DNA of 64,000 nt, taken from assembly GCF_009914755.1 (NCBI RefSeq), contig NC_060948.1. One strand, written 5' to 3'. Positions 57,381 to 64,000 of the stretch are shown in pieces (position 1 is the stretch's first letter; the number at the start of each line of letters is the position of its first letter). Under the pieces are notes generated by a model. The model was not told the DNA's origin, did not search any database, and saw only the letters and a program-made list of their open reading frames with translations. The DNA comes from the human T2T-CHM13v2.0 reference genome, Homo sapiens. Both the position numbers and the translations under genes were made by a program.

Positions 57381-60300
57381 CCTGTCCATAACACTACATT
57401 CCCTTCCATTCCAATGAATTCCATTCCATTCCAATCCATTCCTTTCCTTTCGCTTGCATTCCATTCTATTCTCTTCTACTGCATACAATTTCACTCCATT
57501 CGTTCCCATTCCATTCAATTCCATTCCATTCAATTCCATTCCATTTGTTTCCATTCTCTTCGATTCCATTTCTTTATATTCCATGCCATTCGATTCCATT
57601 CTATTGGATTGCATTACATTCGTGTTCATTCCATTCCAGACCATTCCATTTGACTCCATTCCTTTCGAGCCCTTTCAATTTGAGTCCATTCTTTTCCAGT
57701 CCATTTCATTCCAGTCCATTACTATCCATTCCATACCGTTCCATCCCATTCCATTCCATTCCATTCCATTCCATTCCATTCCATTCCATTGCATTCCATT
57801 CCATTCCATTCCATTGCACTGCACTCCATTCCATTACATTCTACTCTATCTGAGTCGATTTTATTGCATTAGATTCTATTCCATTGGATTACTTTCCATT
57901 CGATTACATTCCATTCATGTACATTCCATTCCAGTCAATTACATTCGAGTTCATTACATTACATTCCAGTATATTCCATTCTATTCGATCCCATTCCTTT
58001 CAATTCCATTTCATTCGACTCCATTATATTCGATTCCATTCCACTCGAATCCATTCCATTAGAGGACATTCCATTCCAATGCATTCCATTCCATTCCATA
58101 GCATTCCATTGCATTCGATTCCATTCCATTTGATGCCATTCCATGACATTCCATTCCATTCGAGTCCATTCCGTTCCAATTCATTCCATTCCGTTTCATG
58201 AAATTCGAGTCCTTTCCAGTACATTTCATTCCAATCCCATCCAATCCAATCTACTCCATTCCATTTGATTTGATTCCATTGATTTGATTCCATTCAGTTT
58301 GATTCCATTCCGTGAAATTTCGTTCCATTCTATTCCATTGCATTACTTTCCATTCAATTCCATTCCATTTCATTTCAGTCCATTCGCTTCCTTTCCTTTC
58401 GATTCAATTCCATTTGATTCCACTCCATTCTATGCGATTTCATTCCAATCGATTCAATTCCATTCGATGACATTCCTTTCGTTTCCATTCCATTCGAGTC
58501 CATTCAATTTGAGCATTCGTGTCCATTCTATTCGAGTCCATTCCATTACCGTCTATTCTATTCCCTTCCATTCCTGTTGATTCAATTTCATTCCCTTCCA
58601 TTCGATTACTTTCCATTCGATTCCATTCCTTTCCATTCCATTCCATTCGTTCCCATTCCATGTGATTTCATTCCATTCCAGTCCATTATATTCGAGTCCA
58701 CTCCACTCCATTCTATTACATTCAATTCCTTTTGAGTCCGTTCCATAACACTCCATTCATTTCGATTCCATTTCTTGCCAGTTTTCTTCCATTTTATTCC
58801 ATTCCGTTCGATTCCATTCCATTCGATTGCATTCCATTCGAATCCTTTCCATTCCATTTCATTCCATTCCTTTCTATTCCATTCCATTTCATTCGATTTG
58901 ATTCCATTCTGTTCTATTCCATTCAATTCTTTTTCATTCCATTCGAATCCTTTCTATTGCAGTCCATTCCATTCGAGTCCATTCCAATCCCTTCCATTCC
59001 ATTCCATTACAGTCCATTCCAATAGATTCCCTTCCTTTGCCTTCCATTCGAATCCATTCCATTCTAGTCCATTCCATTTGAGTCAATTCCATTCCATTCC
59101 ATTCTATTCCTTTCCAATCCATTCGATTCCATTCGATTCAATTCCATTTGATTCTCTTTCATTCTATTTTATTCCATGCCATTTGATTGCATTGCATTCC
59201 ATTCCGTTTGATTCCAGTCCATCCAAGAAAGTTCCATTCCAGTCCATTGCTTTCCAGTCCATTCCATTCCACTCTAGTCTATTCCACTCCATTCCTTTCC
59301 ATTCCATTCCATACTATTCCATTCCATTCCTTTGCATTCCGTTTCCAATCTATTCGAGTCCATTGCATTCCAGTCCAATCCATTCGATTACATTCCTTTT
59401 GATTCCCTGCCAGTCGATTGCATTGCCTACTAGACCATTCCAAAGGAGTTCATTCCATTCTATCTCAACACTTTCCATTCCACTCTGTTTGAGTCCATTC
59501 CATTCCAGTCCATTTAATTCAAGGGCATTCCATTCCATTCCATTCCATTCCATTTCATATTATTCCATTCCATTCAATTCCATTCCAGATGATTCCATTC
59601 CGTTCTATACCATTGCTCTCTGTCCCATTCCATTCCATCTGTCTCCATTCCTTTCGTTTCGATTCCTTTCCATTCCATTCCATTACATTTGATCCTATTT
59701 TATTAAATTGCATTCTATTCGAGTGATTTCCATTGGAGTCCTTTCCATTCGATTCCATTCCATTCTATTCCATTCCTTTGGATTCCATTCCATTCCGTTC
59801 CGTTCACATCAATTCCTTCCGATTCCATTACATTCGATTTCTTGCCATTCGATTCCATTACTTTTGACTCCATTTCATTCGATTCCATTCCATTCCATTT
59901 ATTTCCATTCCATTCGAGACCTTTCCATTGCAGTCTTTTCCCTTCGAGTCCATTCCGTTCGATTCCCTTCCGTTCGATTCCCTTCCATTCGATTCCATTC
60001 CATTGGAGTCCGTACCAGTCGAGTCCATTCTATTCCAGTCCATTAGTTTCGACTCCATTGCATTCGAGTGCATTCCATTCCGTGGCTGTCCATTCCATTC
60101 CGTTTGATGCCATTCCATACGATTCCATTCAATTCGAGACCATTCTATTCCTGTCCATTCCTTGTGGTTCGATTCCATTTCACTCTAGTCCATTCCATTC
60201 CATTCAATTCCATTCGACTCTATTCCGTTCCATTCAATTCCATTCCATTCGATTCCATTTTTTTCGAGAACCTTCCATTACACTCCCTTCCATTCCAGTG

Positions 60301-60929
60301 CATTCCATTCCAGTCTCTTCAGTTCGATTCCATTCCATTCGTTTCGATTCCTTTCCATTCCAGCCCATTCCATTCCATTCCATTCCTTTCCTTTCCGTTT
60401 CATTAGATTCCATTGCATTCCATTCCATTCAATTCAATTCCGTGCTATTCAATTTGATTCATTTCCATTTAATTCCATTCCATTAGATTCCATTCCGTAC
60501 GATTCCATTCCTTTTGAATCCATTCCATTGGAGTCCATTCACTTCCAGAACATTCCATTCCAGTCGAATCCATTCGAGTACATTCGATTAAAGTTCATTA
60601 CATTCTAATACATTCCATTCCATTGCATTCCATTCCATTCCATTCGATGCCATTCGATTCCATTCCATGCCAAATCATTGCATTCCTTTCCATTCCGTTC
60701 CTATCAATTCCATTCCATTCGATTTAGTTCGATTATATTCACTTCCATTCCATTCGATTCCATTCCATTGCAGTCAATTCCTTTCGACACCCAGCCTTTC
60801 CATTCAATGATTTTGGATTCCATTTTTTTGCATTCCATTACATTCTATGACATTCGATTCCGTTTCATTGCATTCCATTCCATACATTTTTATTCCATTC
60901 GAGACCGTAGCATTCCACTTTATTCCAGG
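57381..60929 (+). repeat. DYZ1 unit U17, 3549 bp
   Basis: GGCC 57379 to 60928; two 15-bp deletions (~58130, ~58258) and a 15-bp duplication (59956-59985). Confidence 0.92.
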
Positions 60930-63900
60930 CCTGTCCATTACACTACATTCCCTTCCATTCCAATGAATTCCATTCCATTCCAATCCATTCCTTTCCTTTC
61001 GCTTGCATTCCATTCTATTCTCTTCTACTGCATACAATTTCACTCCATTCGTTCACATTCCATTCAATTCCATTCCATTCAATTCCATTCCATTTGTTTC
61101 CATTCTCTTCGATTCCATTTCTTTATATTCCATGCCATTCGATTCCATTCTATTGGATTGCATTACACTCGTGTTCATTCCATTCCAGACCATTCCATTT
61201 GACTCCATTCCTTTCGAGACCTTTCAATTTGAGTCCATTCCTTTCCAGTCCATTTCACTCCAGTCCATTACTATCCATTCCATACCATTCCATCCCATTC
61301 CATTCCATTCCATTCCATTCCATTCTATTCCATTGCATTCCATTCCATTCCATTCCATTGCACTGCACTCCATTCCATTACATTCTACTCTATCTGAGTC
61401 GATTTTATTGCATTAGATTCTATTCCATTGGATTAATTTCCATTCGATTACATTCCATTCATGTACATTCCATTCCAGTCAATTACATTCGAGTTCATTA
61501 CGTTACATTCCAGTATATTCCATTGTATTCGATCCCATTCCTTTCAATTCCATTTCATTCGACTCCATTATATTCAATTCCATTCCACTCGAATCCCTTC
61601 CATTAGAGGACATTCCATTCCAATGCATTCCATTCCATTCCATAGCATTCCATTGCATTCGATTCCATTCCATTTGATGCCATTCCATTTGATGCCATTC
61701 CATGACATTCCATTCCATTCGAGTCCATTCCGTTCCAATTCATTCCATTCCGTTTCATGAAATTCGAGTCCTTTCCAGTACATTTCATTCCAATCCCATC
61801 CAATCCCATCTACTCCATTCAATTCCTTTCCATTCCATTTGATTAGATTCCATTGATTTGATTCCATTCAGTTTGATTCCATTCCGTGAAATTTCGTTCC
61901 ATTCTATTCCATTGCATTACTTTCCATTCAATTCCATTCCATTTCATTTCAGTCCATTCGCTTCCTTTCCTTTCGATTCAATTCCATTTGATTCCACTCC
62001 ATTCTATGCGATTTCATTCCAATCGATTCAATTCCATTCGATGACATTCCTTTCGTTTCCATTCCATTTGAGTCCATTTAATTTGAGCATTCGTGTCCAT
62101 TCTATTCGAGTCCATTCCATTACAGTCTCTTCTATTCCCTCCCATTCCTGTTGATTCAATTTCATTCCCTTCCATTCGATTCCTTTCCATTCGATTCCAT
62201 TCCTTTCCATTCCATTCCATTCGTTCCCATTCCATGTGATTTCATTCCATTCCAGTCCATTATATTCGAGTCCACTCCACTCCATTCTATTACATTCAAT
62301 TCCTTTTGAGTCCGTTCCATAACACTCCATTCATTTCGATTCCATTTCTTGCCAGTTTTCTTCCATTTTATTCTATTCCGTTCGATTGCATTCCATTCGA
62401 TTGCATTCCATTCGAATCCTTTCCATTCCATTTCATTCCATTCCTTTCTATTCCATTCCATTTCATTCGATTTGATTCCATTCTGTTCTATTCCATTCAA
62501 TTCTTTTTCATTCCATTCGAATCCTTTCTATTGCAGTCCATTCCATTCGAGTCCATTCCAATCCCTTCCATTCCATTCCATTACAGTCCATTCCAATAGA
62601 TTCCATTCCTTTGCCTTCCATTCGAATCCATTCCATTCTAGTCCATTCCATTTGAGTCAATTCCATTCCATTCCATTCTATTCCTTTCCAATCCATTCGA
62701 TTCCATTCGATTCAATTCCATTTGATTCTCTTTCATTCTATTTTATTCCATGCCATTTGATTGCATTGCATTCCATTCCGTTTGATTCCAGTCCACCCAA
62801 GAAAGTTCCATTCCAGTCCCTTGCTTTCCAGTCCATTCCATTCCACTCTAGTCTATTCCACTCCATTCCCTTCCATTGCATTCCATACTATTCCATTCCA
62901 TTCCTTTGCATTCCGTTTCCAATCTATTCGAGTCCATTGCATTCCAGTCCAATCCATTCGATTACATTCCTTTTGATTCCCTGCCAGTCGATTGCATTGC
63001 ATACTACAACATTCCAAAGGAGTCCATTCCATTCTATCTCAACACTTTCCATTCCACTCTGTTCGAGTCCAGTCCATTTAATTCAAGGGCATTCCATTCC
63101 ATTCCATTCCATTCCATTCCATTTCATATTATTCCATTCCATTCAATTCCATTCCAGATGATTCCATTCCATTCTATACCATTGCTCTCTGTTCCATTCC
63201 ATTCCATCTGTCTCTATTCCTTCCGTTTCGATTCCTTTCCATTCCATTCTATTACATTTGATCCTATTTTATTAAATTGCATTCTATTCGAGTGATTTCC
63301 ATTCGAGTCCTTTCCATTCGATTCCATTCCATTCTATTCCATTCCTTTGGATTCCATTCCATTCCGTTCCGTTCACATCAATTCCTTGTGATTCCATTAC
63401 ATTCGATTTCTTGCCATTCGATTCCATTCCTTTTGATTCCATTTCATTCGATTCCATTCCATTCCATTAATTTCCATTCCATTCGAGACCTTTCCATTGC
63501 AGTCTTTTCCCTTCGAGTCCATTCCGTTCGATTCCCTTCCATTCGATTCCATTCCATTGGAGTCCGTACCAGTCGAGTCCATTCTATTCCAGTCCATTAG
63601 TTTCGACTCCATTGCATTCGAGTGCATTCCATTCCGTGGCTGTCCATTCCATTCCGTTTGATGCCATTCCATACGATTCCATTCAATTCGAGACCATTCT
63701 TTTCCTGTCCATTCCTTTTCGTTCGATTCCATTTCACTCTAGTCCATTCCATTACATTCAATTCCATGCGACTCTATTCCGTTCCATTCAATTGCATTCC
63801 ATTCGATTCCATTTTTTTCGAGAACCTTCCATTACACTCCCTTCCATTCCAGTGCATTCCATTCCAGTCTCTTCAGTTCGATTCCATTCCATTCGTTTCG

Positions 63901-64000
63901 ATTCCTTTCCATTCCAGCCCATTCCATTCCATTCCATTCTTTCCTTTCCGTTTCATTAGATTCCATTGCATTCGATTCCATTCAATTCAATTCCGTGCTA
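60930..64000 (+). repeat. DYZ1 unit U18, partial (truncated by window end)
   Basis: Starts at GGCC 60928, collinear with other units to 64000; 1-bp deletion at ~63939. Confidence 0.9.

Larger units (their letters stand above)
1..64000 (+). repeat. DYZ1: Human Satellite 3 (HSat3) array, DYZ1 type (Yq12 heterochromatin); C/T-rich CATTC strand on +
   Basis: Diverged (CATTC)n throughout, with unique landmarks (CCAGGCCTGTCC, TTCAAGAAAGTTC, AAGGGCATT, GGAGTCCGTACC) recurring every ~3562 bp. The period and the conserved HaeIII/StuI plus EcoRI sites fit the 3564-bp DYZ1 unit. The sequence after the HaeIII cut (CCTGTCCATTACACTACATTCCC) matches DYZ1 as I recall it; not database-checked. Confidence 0.96.

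Noticed and set aside
123-63959. Hundreds of ORFs on both strands (FHSIP-rich on +, MEWNG-rich on -)
   Set aside because: (CATTC)n has no stop codon in any frame, so long ORFs are expected. Many start at TTG, overlap in all frames, recur with each unit and shift frame with pentamer indels. Such translations are known spurious database proteins from human satellite contamination.
1-64000. CRISPR-like or prokaryotic repeat/defence system
   Set aside because: There is no repeat-spacer structure: intervening sequence is itself near-identical between units. No cas, reverse transcriptase or other genes are present.
1-64000. DYZ2/HSat1B block, Alu or L1 insertion, or an inversion
   Set aside because: No AT-rich or Alu-like segment, poly-A tail or GGAAT-strand stretch was seen; all unit spacings are 3539-3579 bp, leaving no room for insertions.
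1-64000. HSat2 assignment (CATTCGATTC is frequent)
   Set aside because: Long pure CATTC runs dominate, the HSat2-type CATTCGATGATG/ATTCCATTCG 23-26-bp organisation is absent, and the 3.56-kb period with DYZ1 landmarks indicates HSat3.

Overview
The whole 64 kb is one uninterrupted, single-orientation array of human Satellite 3 (diverged CATTC/GAATG pentamers). It is organised as head-to-tail ~3.56-kb units that I recognise as DYZ1, the Yq12 heterochromatin repeat. A GGCC (HaeIII) landmark recurs at 373, 3932, 7500, 11069, 14633, 18192, 21751, 25310, 28884, 32453, 36011, 39575, 43154, 46707, 50246, 53820, 57379 and 60928, giving 17 complete units of 3539-3579 bp (mean ~3562) plus two partial ones. 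I find no gene, RNA gene, transposon, DYZ2 block, inversion or CRISPR array; every ORF in the track is a translation artefact of the pentamer (FHSIP / MEWNG). I see no novel protein-coding system. The interesting signal is inside the satellite: (i) three perfect nTTCnnGAAnnTTCn heat-shock elements per unit, one of which is broken in a sub-lineage; (ii) an A/B dimeric higher-order domain (1-~24 kb) containing a recent one-unit duplication; (iii) a mosaic domain (~24-64 kb) with variants shared at 2-, 3- and 6-unit offsets; (iv) indels almost always in multiples of 5 bp, with recurrent 15-bp events. All comparisons were made by eye, not by alignment.
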